Shown one piece after another: positions 55,466-64,000 of a stretch of DNA of 64,000 bases (position 1 is its first letter; each line of letters begins with the position of its first letter). Below the pieces are notes generated by a model, which worked only from the letters and a program-made list of their open reading frames with translations, was not told the origin of the DNA and did no database searches. The position numbers and the translations under genes were made by a program. This stretch comes from Mariniphaga sp. (GTDB lineage: Bacteria > Bacteroidota > Bacteroidia > Bacteroidales > Prolixibacteraceae), in NCBI GenBank assembly GCA_037128295.1, contig JBAXWR010000004.1:8423-72422 (forward strand). Direction: 5' to 3'.

Positions 55466-56260
55466 ATGATTCAATATACTAAACTATTACATCATATTAT
55501 TGAGAATGGGAACCTAAGGGAGGACCGGACCGGAACGGGAACAAAAAGTGTATTTGGTTACCAGATGCGCTTTAATCTTGATGAAGGCTTTCCACTGGTG
55601 ACTACCAAAAGGCTTCATCTGAAGTCGATTATCCATGAACTATTGTGGTTTCTTGCCGGGGATACAAATGTAAAATATCTTCAGGACAATGGGGTTCGGA
55701 TATGGAACGAATGGGCGGATGAAAATGGGGAATTAGGTCCTATTTATGGCCACCAATGGCGTTCGTGGCCTACACCTGATGGGAAATCCATCGACCAGAT
55801 CTCTCGGTTGATCAATGAAATAAATGAAAATCCAACTTCCCGACGGTTAATTGTAAGTGCCTGGAATGTAGGTGATATAGATAAAATGAACCTTCCTCCA
55901 TGTCATTTGCTGTTTCAGTTCTATGTCCATGACGGAAGACTTTCGTCGCAGCTTTACCAGCGAAGTGCGGATGTTTTTCTGGGGGTACCATTTAATATTG
56001 CTTCCTATTCATTGCTGACAATGATGGTTGCTCACGTAACTGGTTTAAAACCCGGCGATTTTGTCCACACATTTGGGGATGCCCATATTTATTGTAACCA
56101 TCTTGAACAGGTAAACCTTCAACTTTCCCGTTCACCTTATCCATTGCCTCAGATGCAAATCAACCCGGATGTAAAATCGATCTTTGATTTTAAATATGAT
56201 GATTTTGAATTGGTTAATTACCAGTCACATCCTCATATTAAGGGTAGTGTAGCGGTTTAA
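55466..56260 (+). CDS. thyA: Thymidylate synthase
   Basis: 264 aa with the canonical motifs DRTGTGT, the active-site region LPPCH and [18 protein letters not shown]. Confidence 0.97.
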   Translation: MIQYTKLLHHIIENGNLREDRTGTGTKSVFGYQMRFNLDEGFPLVTTKRLHLKSIIHELLWFLAGDTNVKYLQDNGVRIWNEWADENGELGPIYGHQWRSWPTPDGKSIDQISRLINEINENPTSRRLIVSAWNVGDIDKMNLPPCHLLFQFYVHDGRLSSQLYQRSADVFLGVPFNIASYSLLTMMVAHVTGLKPGDFVHTFGDAHIYCNHLEQVNLQLSRSPYPLPQMQINPDVKSIFDFKYDDFELVNYQSHPHIKGSVAV

Positions 56261-56294
56261 CTGGCAATAAGCCGAATTCGAAAAACTGATTGTA

Positions 56295-56789
56295 ATGATT
56301 TATCCGAATATAGCAATTATCGTAGCGATAGCCCAAAATTTCGCCATTGGGCTGAACAATGACCTTTTGTTTCATTTGCCCAACGATTTGAAAAGGTTCA
56401 AAAGGATCACTTTGGGCCATGCCGTGATTATGGGGAAAAGGACGCTCTTTTCACTGCCCAAAGGTCCATTGCCAGATCGCCGCAATATTGTGATAACCGA
56501 TATTCCCGGAGAGACTTTTCCTGGTTGCGAAACTGTATATTCGATTGACGAGGCAGTTGCAACAGTAAAAAACGAAGAGTTGGCCTTTGTAATCGGGGGC
56601 GGAATGATTTACAGGCAATTCTATCCAATTGCAGGAAAGCTTTTTCTCACGATGGCTCATCAGGACTTTGAAGCCGACACATTCTTTCCGGAAATTGATT
56701 TTAACGATTGGAACGAGGTTTCGAGGGAAACCTTCTTCGATGAGAAGAACAATTTCAACTACTCAAATATTGACCTGGTGAGGTCATAG
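56295..56789 (+). CDS. folA: Dihydrofolate reductase
   Basis: 164 aa (AIGLNNDLLFHLPNDLKRFKRIT, VIMGKRTFSL-like, VIGGGMIY). It lies downstream of thyA. Confidence 0.92.
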   Translation: MIYPNIAIIVAIAQNFAIGLNNDLLFHLPNDLKRFKRITLGHAVIMGKRTLFSLPKGPLPDRRNIVITDIPGETFPGCETVYSIDEAVATVKNEELAFVIGGGMIYRQFYPIAGKLFLTMAHQDFEADTFFPEIDFNDWNEVSRETFFDEKNNFNYSNIDLVRS

Positions 56790-56800
56790 GACGTGAAGTA

Positions 56801-56843
56801 AAAAAATACCCTCAAAGTTGTAGATACCCTGAGGGTATTTTTC
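56801..56843. terminator. Bidirectional terminator AATACCCTCA-N15-TGAGGGTATT flanked by an A-run and a T-run
   Basis: 10-bp stem (56805-56814 / 56830-56839) between convergent folA and the nucleoside permease gene. Confidence 0.75.
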
Positions 56844-56857
56844 GTCTATGACAGAAT

Positions 56858-58135
56858 TTATGGTCTGAAGGTCATTTCATTTGAAGCTTCTTCAGCCAAA
56901 GCTGCTTTTACGACCTTCCTTTCGTGTTTGTACTTGAAAACAAAAGGGAAAACGATTCCCAAAATCAATGCATAACCAGCAAATACAAACCAGATCATTG
57001 GCCAGTTCTTAACCCCTTCAACAGTGAAATAATCAACAACCCTCCCGCTGATCACACCTCCGAAAAAAGCACCCAGGCCGTTGGTCATGATCATAAATAA
57101 TCCCTGTGCACTTGCCCTGATACCGGGTTCAGTTTCTGTTTCAACGAACAATGATCCGGAAATATTGAAAAAATCGAAAGCCATTCCATAAATAATCATG
57201 GAGAGGATCAAAAGGAAAAGTCCACCTCCCGGATTACCAAGCCCAAACAACCCAAATCGCAGCACCCAAGCAAAAATGCTGATCATCATAACCTTCTTAA
57301 TTCCAAAGCGATGGAGGAAAAATGGTATCGAGAGGATGAAAAGTGTTTCCGAAATTTGTGAAATCGACATCAGCAAACCTGGGTGGGCTACCGCAAACGA
57401 ATCGGCATAATTAGTTCCAAAATCCTGAAGAAACGATCCTCCAAATGTGTTGGTAATCTGAAGAGCAGCCCCTAAGAGCATTGCAAAAACAAAAAATACA
57501 GCCATTTTGGTCTTTTTGAAAAGGATGAACGCATCAAGACCAAGAGCTGATGATAGGGATCTTGTTTTCGTTGATTTAACCGGAGGACAAGCCGGCATTG
57601 TAAAAGCATAAATACCCAGGAACAAGGCAGATCCGGATCCGATATAAAGTTGCAGTGGGCTCAGATTCCAGCCAAAAAGATCAACTACCCACATCGCGCA
57701 AATAAAGCCCACGGTTCCCCAAACCCGGATAGGGGGGAAATCTTTCACCACATCGAACCCTTTTTGCTCAAGCACATTGTATGAAACTGTATTGTTCAGG
57801 GCAATGGTCGGCATATAAGCCATCGCATTGAACAACATGATCATATACATAAGGTTGGGATCAGTAACGGAAGATGCCCAGAAAAGAAGTATGGCCCCAA
57901 CGATATGACACATTCCAAGAACCCTTTCAGCATTAATCCAACGATCTGCAACAATCCCAAGCAAACCTGGCATAAATAGGGACGCAATACCCATTGTAGC
58001 AAAAATGCTCCCAATTTGCCCTCCGCTAAAATGCAATGAATTACCCATATAGCCACCAAGCGAGATCAACCATGAACCCCAAACAAAAAATTGCAGGAAA
58101 TTCATCAATGTAAGTCTGTACTTAATCCCCATCAC
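56858..58135 (-). CDS. MFS nucleoside:H+ symporter (NupG/XapB family)
   Basis: 425 aa with 12 TM helices. The N-terminus LTLMNFLQFFVWGSWLISLG and IVADRW are typical of the NHS family. Confidence 0.8.
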   Translation of the reverse strand: MMGIKYRLTLMNFLQFFVWGSWLISLGGYMGNSLHFSGGQIGSIFATMGIASLFMPGLLGIVADRWINAERVLGMCHIVGAILLFWASSVTDPNLMYMIMLFNAMAYMPTIALNNTVSYNVLEQKGFDVVKDFPPIRVWGTVGFICAMWVVDLFGWNLSPLQLYIGSGSALFLGIYAFTMPACPPVKSTKTRSLSSALGLDAFILFKKTKMAVFFVFAMLLGAALQITNTFGGSFLQDFGTNYADSFAVAHPGLLMSISQISETLFILSIPFFLHRFGIKKVMMISIFAWVLRFGLFGLGNPGGGLFLLILSMIIYGMAFDFFNISGSLFVETETEPGIRASAQGLFMIMTNGLGAFFGGVISGRVVDYFTVEGVKNWPMIWFVFAGYALILGIVFPFVFKYKHERKVVKAALAEEASNEMTFRP

Positions 58136-58167
58136 TTTTATATAATCAGTTTGGTTACAAAATTGAT

Positions 58168-58842
58168 TTAATCATCGTTGATCAGCAACCTACCCAGGTT
58201 TTCAAACCTCGAATGATAATCGTCGATCGAACATTGGATCACTTCAAAAGCTTCGGCGCGGTTGTAAACATGGGTGATCACCGAATTTTTCTCTTCGCCA
58301 GGCAAGTCCTTGTATGTCAGGAAGTAGTGTTTAAGTCGTGTGATGATGGTTTCCGGTACGTCACAAAGATCCTTGAAATGGCCATAAACAAAATCGTTGT
58401 TCAAAACGGCAATAATCTTATCGTCAGCCTCGTTGCCATCGATCATCCTGAACCCACCAATCGGTCGGGCAGTAACAAGGATATCCCCATGATGGATCGA
58501 TTTTTCGGTAAGTACAACAATGTCAAGTGGGTCGCCATCTCCTTTCACCCCTGTTTGTCCGGTTTTGTCCATACTGAACTGACCAATTTTCCTGCCGCAA
58601 TACGTCTGAGGAATAAATCCGTAAAGTGCCGGAACAACATTTGAGTATTGTTGGGGACGATCGATTTTTAAATACCCCGTATCTTTATCGACTTCATACT
58701 TCACTGTATCCGTTGGCACCACCTCAATGAAGGCGGTCACTTTTTCTGGAACCTGATCGCCAATGTGAACACCGTGCCAAGGATGCGATTTGTATCGCAG
58801 GCCCATCAAACGACCAATAGGATCTGAGAATTTATCTGACAT
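58168..58842 (-). CDS. ppa: Inorganic diphosphatase (family I)
   Basis: 224 aa with VVPALYGFIPQT and GDGDPLDIVVL core motifs. Confidence 0.85.
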   Translation of the reverse strand: MSDKFSDPIGRLMGLRYKSHPWHGVHIGDQVPEKVTAFIEVVPTDTVKYEVDKDTGYLKIDRPQQYSNVVPALYGFIPQTYCGRKIGQFSMDKTGQTGVKGDGDPLDIVVLTEKSIHHGDILVTARPIGGFRMIDGNEADDKIIAVLNNDFVYGHFKDLCDVPETIITRLKHYFLTYKDLPGEEKNSVITHVYNRAEAFEVIQCSIDDYHSRFENLGRLLINDD

Positions 58843-59168
58843 GTTGTTTATATATTAATTACAAGCAGTAAAAATATAAATTAGTTATCAAGTTTGAGGA
58901 ATTTTGCAATAAATAAAATTTTGCCTAGAAAAAGTTATGAACAACTTGTTCAAGATTTTAACTTTTATATACATTTCCACTTTCAAAAACAAAAGTGTTA
59001 TTTATTTTTTCTTAGTTTTGTAAAAAGAATTTTGGGACTTCAGGTTTTGTTTTTATTACGTTCAGTGAATCAAAGGACAATACATGAAGGATTGGGATTT
59101 TAGGAGAATCAAAATATGAATTTTATATTAAATTTGTTGGCCAAAGGCTAAAAGTAAATCTTAACATC

Positions 59169-60461
59169 ATGATCGTTAAACTTTTCTCTTCAAAGACTTT
59201 CGCAATTATAATTCCTATTTTTCTGTTATTTGTCCAAGGTGTTCAATCACAGATTGTTAAGCCAGACAAAGACGTTAATGTGACTTTGGAAAGGGACACT
59301 TCATGGGAAATTGGGATTTCTGGCGGCGGATCCAAATTTAGCAGAAGCTTTAATCCTAATGCAGATGCACCTTATAAAAAATTCGATTATTGGAATGCCA
59401 ATTTCAATGCTGGTTTTTCAGCATCAGTGATTAAAAATTTCAGTACTAAATTAAGTGCTGAGGTGGAATTGTTTTCAACAAAACTTACCGGGACATGGAA
59501 CTCCGCGAGCGGATATCCTGTACCGCCAATGGCTATTGCCAATGGTCTTACAATACCAAAGCCTTTTGAAACAGGTGTTAAACAGATTAATGCCTTTGTT
59601 GCTGTTAATTTGAACCAATTGTTTAAACCCCAAAGAACAAACGACAAATGGTACATTTTTGCCAAAGGTGGTGTTGGAGTCGGAATACTTAAAGCAAACA
59701 GCTCGCTTTATAGTTTCCCTAGGCCGAACGAAGGTGTATATTCAACGTTATATGGTGCAGGTGTAGCTTACCGGGTTAATCAGAGTATTAAAATCAAGGC
59801 CGGTTTAACATTCACAAGGGTTTCATCTGACCGTCTCGATGGAATTCATGAATTGATTCCTGGCAAGCCATTAACAGGTTCTGATTCCTACTATTTTTAC
59901 AATATTAAGGAACGGTTCGCTTACCCTTATCTTGCAGTAACTTACAGGCTTGGTAGGAAGAAGAAAAAGAAAAAACAGGTGGAAATCAGGCCTCCGCAGT
60001 TGCGGCCTATGGCTGTGCCTGAACCGAAGGTTCTTAAGGTTCCGGAAGTTAAGATACAACAGCTTATAACGGTCAAGCCAAACATCATTGGCAAAACCTA
60101 CAGCGTTTATTATGGCTTCGACAAATGGGATCTTAGCAAAAAGGCCATGGAGGATCTTGATAAACTGTCAAAAGACATGTTGGATAATCCGCCAACTGAT
60201 GTTGAACTGAAATCACATACCGATAGTCGTGGTCCTGCCAAGTATAACATGATGTTATCAGAGATTCGTGGTAAGATGGCTCAGTATTATATACTTGGAC
60301 ATGGAATAACCCCGGAAAGGGTATCGTCTAAAGGCTATGGAGAAACCCAATTACTTAATAAGTGTGCTGATGGCGTTAAGTGTACCGAAGCTGAACACGC
60401 AATAAACCGTAGAACTGAAACAATTATTAAAAAGAGAAAGGAAGCTGAGGTTGTAAAATAA
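59169..60461 (+). CDS. OmpA-family outer membrane protein (N-terminal beta-barrel, K/P-rich linker, C-terminal OmpA domain)
   Basis: Signal peptide present. The C-terminus has the OmpA peptidoglycan-binding pattern (SHTDSRGPAKYNMMLSEIRG...NRRTE). Confidence 0.8.
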   Translation: MIVKLFSSKTFAIIIPIFLLFVQGVQSQIVKPDKDVNVTLERDTSWEIGISGGGSKFSRSFNPNADAPYKKFDYWNANFNAGFSASVIKNFSTKLSAEVELFSTKLTGTWNSASGYPVPPMAIANGLTIPKPFETGVKQINAFVAVNLNQLFKPQRTNDKWYIFAKGGVGVGILKANSSLYSFPRPNEGVYSTLYGAGVAYRVNQSIKIKAGLTFTRVSSDRLDGIHELIPGKPLTGSDSYYFYNIKERFAYPYLAVTYRLGRKKKKKKQVEIRPPQLRPMAVPEPKVLKVPEVKIQQLITVKPNIIGKTYSVYYGFDKWDLSKKAMEDLDKLSKDMLDNPPTDVELKSHTDSRGPAKYNMMLSEIRGKMAQYYILGHGITPERVSSKGYGETQLLNKCADGVKCTEAEHAINRRTETIIKKRKEAEVVK

Positions 60462-60487
60462 GATCTCTTAAGTGTACTATATTCATT

Positions 60488-60522
60488 AAAAGAGGGCCGC
60501 CAAATAAGCGGCCCTCTTTTTT
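60488..60522 (+). terminator. Intrinsic terminator AAAAGAGGGCCGC-N7-GCGGCCCTCTTTT plus extra Ts
   Basis: 13-bp perfect GC-rich stem followed by a T-run. Confidence 0.85.
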
Positions 60523-60596
60523 AGGCAGGAAGTATCATCTTCCACATCATCACTTTTCATAGATTTTGTGTCGCAACAAATACATATACAATACTT

Positions 60597-60604
60597 TACT
60601 TTTG
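60597..60604 (+). promoter_or_regulatory. Bacteroidota -7 promoter box TACTTTTG
   Basis: Exact TAnnTTTG match about 140 nt upstream of the ATG at 60746, which implies a long leader. Confidence 0.35.
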
Positions 60605-60745
60605 CAGCCATCGTTTCTGTTAAGTTTTGTTTTCCACTATTTGACGTAAATCAGCATTATTGTTGATCATTGGTAAGTTTTTTCGTTCTCATTTGCCTAA
60701 TTTTGTGATTCGATTAAACAACAGATATTGATTTGCGCAATTGAT

Positions 60746-62752
60746 ATGGATACATCACAGGTAATAAAACTGACTGCTATTGTTTTTATGGCAGGTGTGT
60801 TTGGACTGTTAACGGTTTCAGACAAATACAAATCAATGATCGCGATTGTTGTAGTACTTGTCAACGCAGTTATAACTACTGTTCCGGCACTTTTGGCAAT
60901 GACGCAAAATACGCAAACGGGGATTTTTCTTATGCCTCACCTTCTTGGAAATATTGTCATAAAGGTCGATAGCCTTTCGGCCTGGTTTATCCTGATTATC
61001 AATTTCACTTCGATCAATGGTGCCCTTTATGGTAGCGGTTATTTAAAAGCCTATTCCCATCTGAAAATTAACCGGGAGTTGCACTGGATTTTTTATACCC
61101 TTTTCCATATCTCGATGGTTTGGGTCTGCATGTTCGAAAATGGCCTGGCTTTTCTTATCTCATGGGAATTGATGTCGTTATCCTCCTTAATGTTGGTGAT
61201 TTTTGAGTACCAGAAAAAGGAGACACTGAAGGCAGGATTAAACTACATGGTCCAAATGCACCTGAGTGTAGTTTTACTGACATTGGGTTTTATCTGGCTG
61301 TTTATAAGTAGCGGGTCTTTCAACTTCTCCTCCCTGGCCGGATTGGCACAAACCAATCATTCGCTCTGGATATTTATCGTCCTTTTTGCCGGTTTTGCGA
61401 TAAAAGCCGGGTTTATCCCTTTCCATACCTGGTTGCCAAAAGCCCATCCTGCTGCCCCATCTCATGTATCAGGCGTCATGTCGGGAGTGATCGTCAAGCT
61501 GGGTATTTACGGTATTTTAAGGACAATCACCTATCTTCGCTACGATTGGCTCATCATTGGTGAAGTGATCCTAAGCCTTTCAGTTATCACTGCGATTTAT
61601 GGAATTGCCAATGCGGCAGTTATCAAAGATTTCAAAGCCATGCTTGCTTTTTGCACCATCGAGAATATCGGGATCATCGGGATCGGCATTGGACTGGGAC
61701 TGATCGGTATGGGAAATGGCAACCCTGTTTTGGTGATGATAGGTTTCAGTGCTGCTTTGCTGCATACCCTGAACCACTCATTGTTTAAATCGTTGCTGTT
61801 CTTTGGTGCGGGAAGCGTCTATCAGCAAACACACACGCGCAATATGGAGCAATTGGGTGGGCTGATTAAAAAAATGCCATTCAGTGCTATTTTCTTTTTG
61901 ATAGGCGCAATGGCCATCGGAGGCTTGCCCCCATTTAACGGGTTTGTATCTGAATACCTGATTTACTTCGGGTTATTCAAGGGTCTTAATCCTGTTTCAG
62001 GCATTTCACAAGTTGTGCTGATCGTTTTGTCGATAGCAGGCCTTGCAATTGTTGGTGGGATCTCATTGCTCACCTTTACAAAATCCTTTGGGGTCATTTT
62101 TTTAGGGCAGGCCAGATCAGAATTTCACCATGAACCAAAAGAAATTTCATCAATCATGCAATTACCTCAATATATGATAGTTGTCGTGATGCTTTCTGTA
62201 GCTTTGGTTCCGCAATTTTATCTGAACTTTACCTCTCAAATAGTTTCATCTATTTTCCCATTGAATTCTGGTATCAATCCGGAGCAATTTGCCCAAATGA
62301 CCAATAATATGGAAACCATCGGCCTTGTAAGTCTATCTTTTATTGGTCTATTGTTCCTGATGTTTGGACTCCGATGGATTATCCTTCATAAAAGGGAAAA
62401 AGTCGAATATGAAACCTGGGGTTGCGGATATGTTGTTCCAGTGGAAAAAGCACAATACACAGGAAGTTCTTATTCACGTTCTTTTGGCCATCTGTTCAGT
62501 TTTCTTGTCAAAGAGCGAAAGACTTTCAGCAGAATTGCAAAGCCAGAGTTATATCCTGAGAACCGTACATTCTCGACAACATATAATGATTTGTTGGAAA
62601 AATATGTGATTGCCCCGTTGACCAAAAGGACCGTTTTTCTACTGAATTATTTTCAGTTTATCCAAAACGGGAGGATTCAATCGTATGTGTTGTACGGTTT
62701 GTTTTTTGTTATCCTGGTCTTTGTAGGGAGTGCCTTAAACCTGATCAAATGA
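60746..62752 (+). CDS. Proton-conducting antiporter-like subunit (HyfB / NuoL / MnhA family, PF00361-type)
   Basis: About 668 aa and polytopic. Family motifs present: WELMSLSS, HTWLPKAHPAAPSHVSGVMSGVIVKLGIYG, IENIGIIGIGIG and LHTLNHSLFKSLLFFGAG. Confidence 0.8.
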   Translation: MDTSQVIKLTAIVFMAGVFGLLTVSDKYKSMIAIVVVLVNAVITTVPALLAMTQNTQTGIFLMPHLLGNIVIKVDSLSAWFILIINFTSINGALYGSGYLKAYSHLKINRELHWIFYTLFHISMVWVCMFENGLAFLISWELMSLSSLMLVIFEYQKKETLKAGLNYMVQMHLSVVLLTLGFIWLFISSGSFNFSSLAGLAQTNHSLWIFIVLFAGFAIKAGFIPFHTWLPKAHPAAPSHVSGVMSGVIVKLGIYGILRTITYLRYDWLIIGEVILSLSVITAIYGIANAAVIKDFKAMLAFCTIENIGIIGIGIGLGLIGMGNGNPVLVMIGFSAALLHTLNHSLFKSLLFFGAGSVYQQTHTRNMEQLGGLIKKMPFSAIFFLIGAMAIGGLPPFNGFVSEYLIYFGLFKGLNPVSGISQVVLIVLSIAGLAIVGGISLLTFTKSFGVIFLGQARSEFHHEPKEISSIMQLPQYMIVVVMLSVALVPQFYLNFTSQIVSSIFPLNSGINPEQFAQMTNNMETIGLVSLSFIGLLFLMFGLRWIILHKREKVEYETWGCGYVVPVEKAQYTGSSYSRSFGHLFSFLVKERKTFSRIAKPELYPENRTFSTTYNDLLEKYVIAPLTKRTVFLLNYFQFIQNGRIQSYVLYGLFFVILVFVGSALNLIK

Positions 62753-62765
62753 TAGATGCGATATA

Positions 62766-63998
62766 ATGGAAAAATCACTGATTGAAATATTTAACCTGAT
62801 TGCTATCCTCGCTTTTGCAATCCTCCCCTTTTTAAAAACCAATGGACGGGGCATTCTTGCGCTGACTACTATCACAGGTCAGGTCATAATCAGTTCAATT
62901 ATAGCGTCTTCTGTTTATTCAAATGGGTTAATAGATTACAATTATCCGGGTTCCTTTGTTACTGGAATTATCCCAATACGGATCGATTATCTATCAGCCT
63001 GGTTTATGCTGTTGATCAGCTTTACTTTCCTGACCGGAGCCTGGTATGGGATGCAGTATATGAAACAATATGTCAATCAGAGAGATAACATTACCTTGCA
63101 TATTGTTGCCTTTATTTTGGTTTACACAACCTTAATTGATATCTGCACTGTTCAGAATGGCCTTGTGATCCTTATTATCTGGGAGATTATGGCATTAAGT
63201 TCTTTTGTGATCATCATTTTTGAACATTCCAAAAGGGAAACTCTGAAAGCCGGGATCAACTTTCTGATCCAGTCGCATATTTGCATCCTGTTACTTACCC
63301 TTGGTTTTATGTGGGCAAAAGTAAAAACCGGATCCTTCGATTTTTCAGCAATTACTGCATACACGTCAACACAACCTGCTATGACAGGTATGGGCATCTT
63401 TTTGATTTTCTTTCTTGGATTTGCAATAAAGTCTGGTTTTGTCCCATTTCATACATGGCTCCCATTGGCACATCCTGCAGCTCCATCCCACATTTCGGGG
63501 ATTATGTCGGGGGTGATCATCAAAATCGGCATTTATGGGATGTTGAGGATGCTCCTTCTGATCAGGACCGATATGATTGGTATTGGATATTTTATGGTTA
63601 CAATTTCAGTCATCACAGGTGTTTATGGGGTGATGCTGGCCATCGTTCAGCACAATCTGAAGAAATTGCTTGCTTATCACAGTATCGAAAATATCGGGAT
63701 TATCGGTATCGGCATCGGGCTTGGCTGCCTTGGTCTGGGATATGGAAACCAGTTGCTTGTTGTATGCGGTTTTGGCGGGGCTTTGCTCCATACGTTGAAC
63801 CATTCACTTTTCAAGTCATTGCTTTTTTATACTGCCGGGAATGTTTATCAAACTGTTTATACAATGGATATTGAGGCGATGGGTGGCCTTCTCAAAAAAA
63901 TACCACATTCGGGTTACCTGTTCCTGATCGGATCGCTTGCCATTTGTGGCCTGCCACCTTTCAATGGTTTCATATCCGAATTCTTTATTTACAATGGA
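62766..63998 (+). CDS. Second antiporter-like subunit, paralog of the preceding gene (5' 411 codons; continues past window end)
   Basis: Hand translation from the ATG at 62766 gives MEKSLIEIFNLIAILAF...WEIMALSS...HTWLPLAHPAAPSHISGIMSGVIIKIGIYG...IENIGIIGIGIG...LHTLNHSLFKSLLFYTAG. It is not in the ORF track because there is no stop before 64000. Confidence 0.8.
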   Translation, partial: MEKSLIEIFNLIAILAFAILPFLKTNGRGILALTTITGQVIISSIIASSVYSNGLIDYNYPGSFVTGIIPIRIDYLSAWFMLLISFTFLTGAWYGMQYMKQYVNQRDNITLHIVAFILVYTTLIDICTVQNGLVILIIWEIMALSSFVIIIFEHSKRETLKAGINFLIQSHICILLLTLGFMWAKVKTGSFDFSAITAYTSTQPAMTGMGIFLIFFLGFAIKSGFVPFHTWLPLAHPAAPSHISGIMSGVIIKIGIYGMLRMLLLIRTDMIGIGYFMVTISVITGVYGVMLAIVQHNLKKLLAYHSIENIGIIGIGIGLGCLGLGYGNQLLVVCGFGGALLHTLNHSLFKSLLFYTAGNVYQTVYTMDIEAMGGLLKKIPHSGYLFLIGSLAICGLPPFNGFISEFFIYNG

Positions 63999-64000
63999 TT

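Noticed and set aside
59953-59977. A-rich run encoding KKKKKKQ in the OmpA-like gene as a possible slipped-strand phase-variation site
   Set aside because: The tract is interrupted (AAGAAGAAAAAGAAAAAACAG) rather than a long homopolymer, and it encodes a plausible flexible linker.
63281-63874. 197-aa plus-strand ORF
   Set aside because: It is an alternative frame of the second HyfB-like gene. My hand translation of the 62766 frame gives conserved antiporter motifs and no stop.
1-64000. CRISPR arrays, tRNA/rRNA/tmRNA genes, IS elements, integrases, phage or conjugation genes, and known defence-system genes
   Set aside because: None was recognised. The only repeats are the heptamer family, the 20-bp tandem duplication and the phased regulatory boxes. 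All intergenic spacers over 150 bp were read on both strands.

Overview
This is a 64-kb chromosomal segment from a Bacteroidota genome. Support for that assignment: a SusC/SusD pair, TAnnTTTG -7 promoter boxes, an FtsL-like gene, DUF4251, and a TPR sensor kinase. I saw no rRNA, tRNA, CRISPR array, transposase, integrase or prophage genes.

Gene content from left to right:
- The 5' part of the dcw cluster on the minus strand (mraZ-rsmH-ftsL-ftsI-murE).
- A membrane-lipid block: GlsA/GlsB-like aminolipid acyltransferases, then an LpxH-fold phosphoesterase plus a glycosyltransferase.
- A GH1 beta-glucosidase and a purple acid phosphatase.
- A YncE-propeller / TonB-receptor / beta-helix-lipoprotein operon.
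- An 18.7-kb co-directional plus-strand block. It holds a LuxR-type response regulator, a TPR histidine kinase and a PAS hybrid kinase. These are followed by a 2-aminoethylphosphonate (AEP) catabolic cluster: a saccharopine-dehydrogenase-like gene, PhnX, an OPA-type MFS, PhnW, a PHP-esterase remnant and a PbfA-like PLP enzyme. The block ends with a secreted hypothetical, SusC/SusD and two YegP genes.
- The right half: PiT, a decayed radical-SAM remnant, an alpha/beta hydrolase, SdpR/SdpI-like genes, an orphan DUF2384 antitoxin, YjbQ, LtaS-like, FadD, an MscS pseudogene, DUF2339, Dcp, NYN-LOTUS, a DUF151 nuclease, thyA-folA, NupG-like, PPase, OmpA-like, and two tandem HyfB/NuoL-like antiporter subunits.

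Main hunt results:
1. (T)GTAAC direct repeats sit at exact 11-bp multiples upstream of six operons with a phosphorus theme. This is a candidate Pho-box-like regulon.
2. The phosphonate locus is non-canonical, carries an unassigned first gene, and is physically linked to SusCD.
3. A GCCAGTT-type heptamer repeat family sits just past stop codons. One copy is a 220-bp element flanked by inverted repeats.
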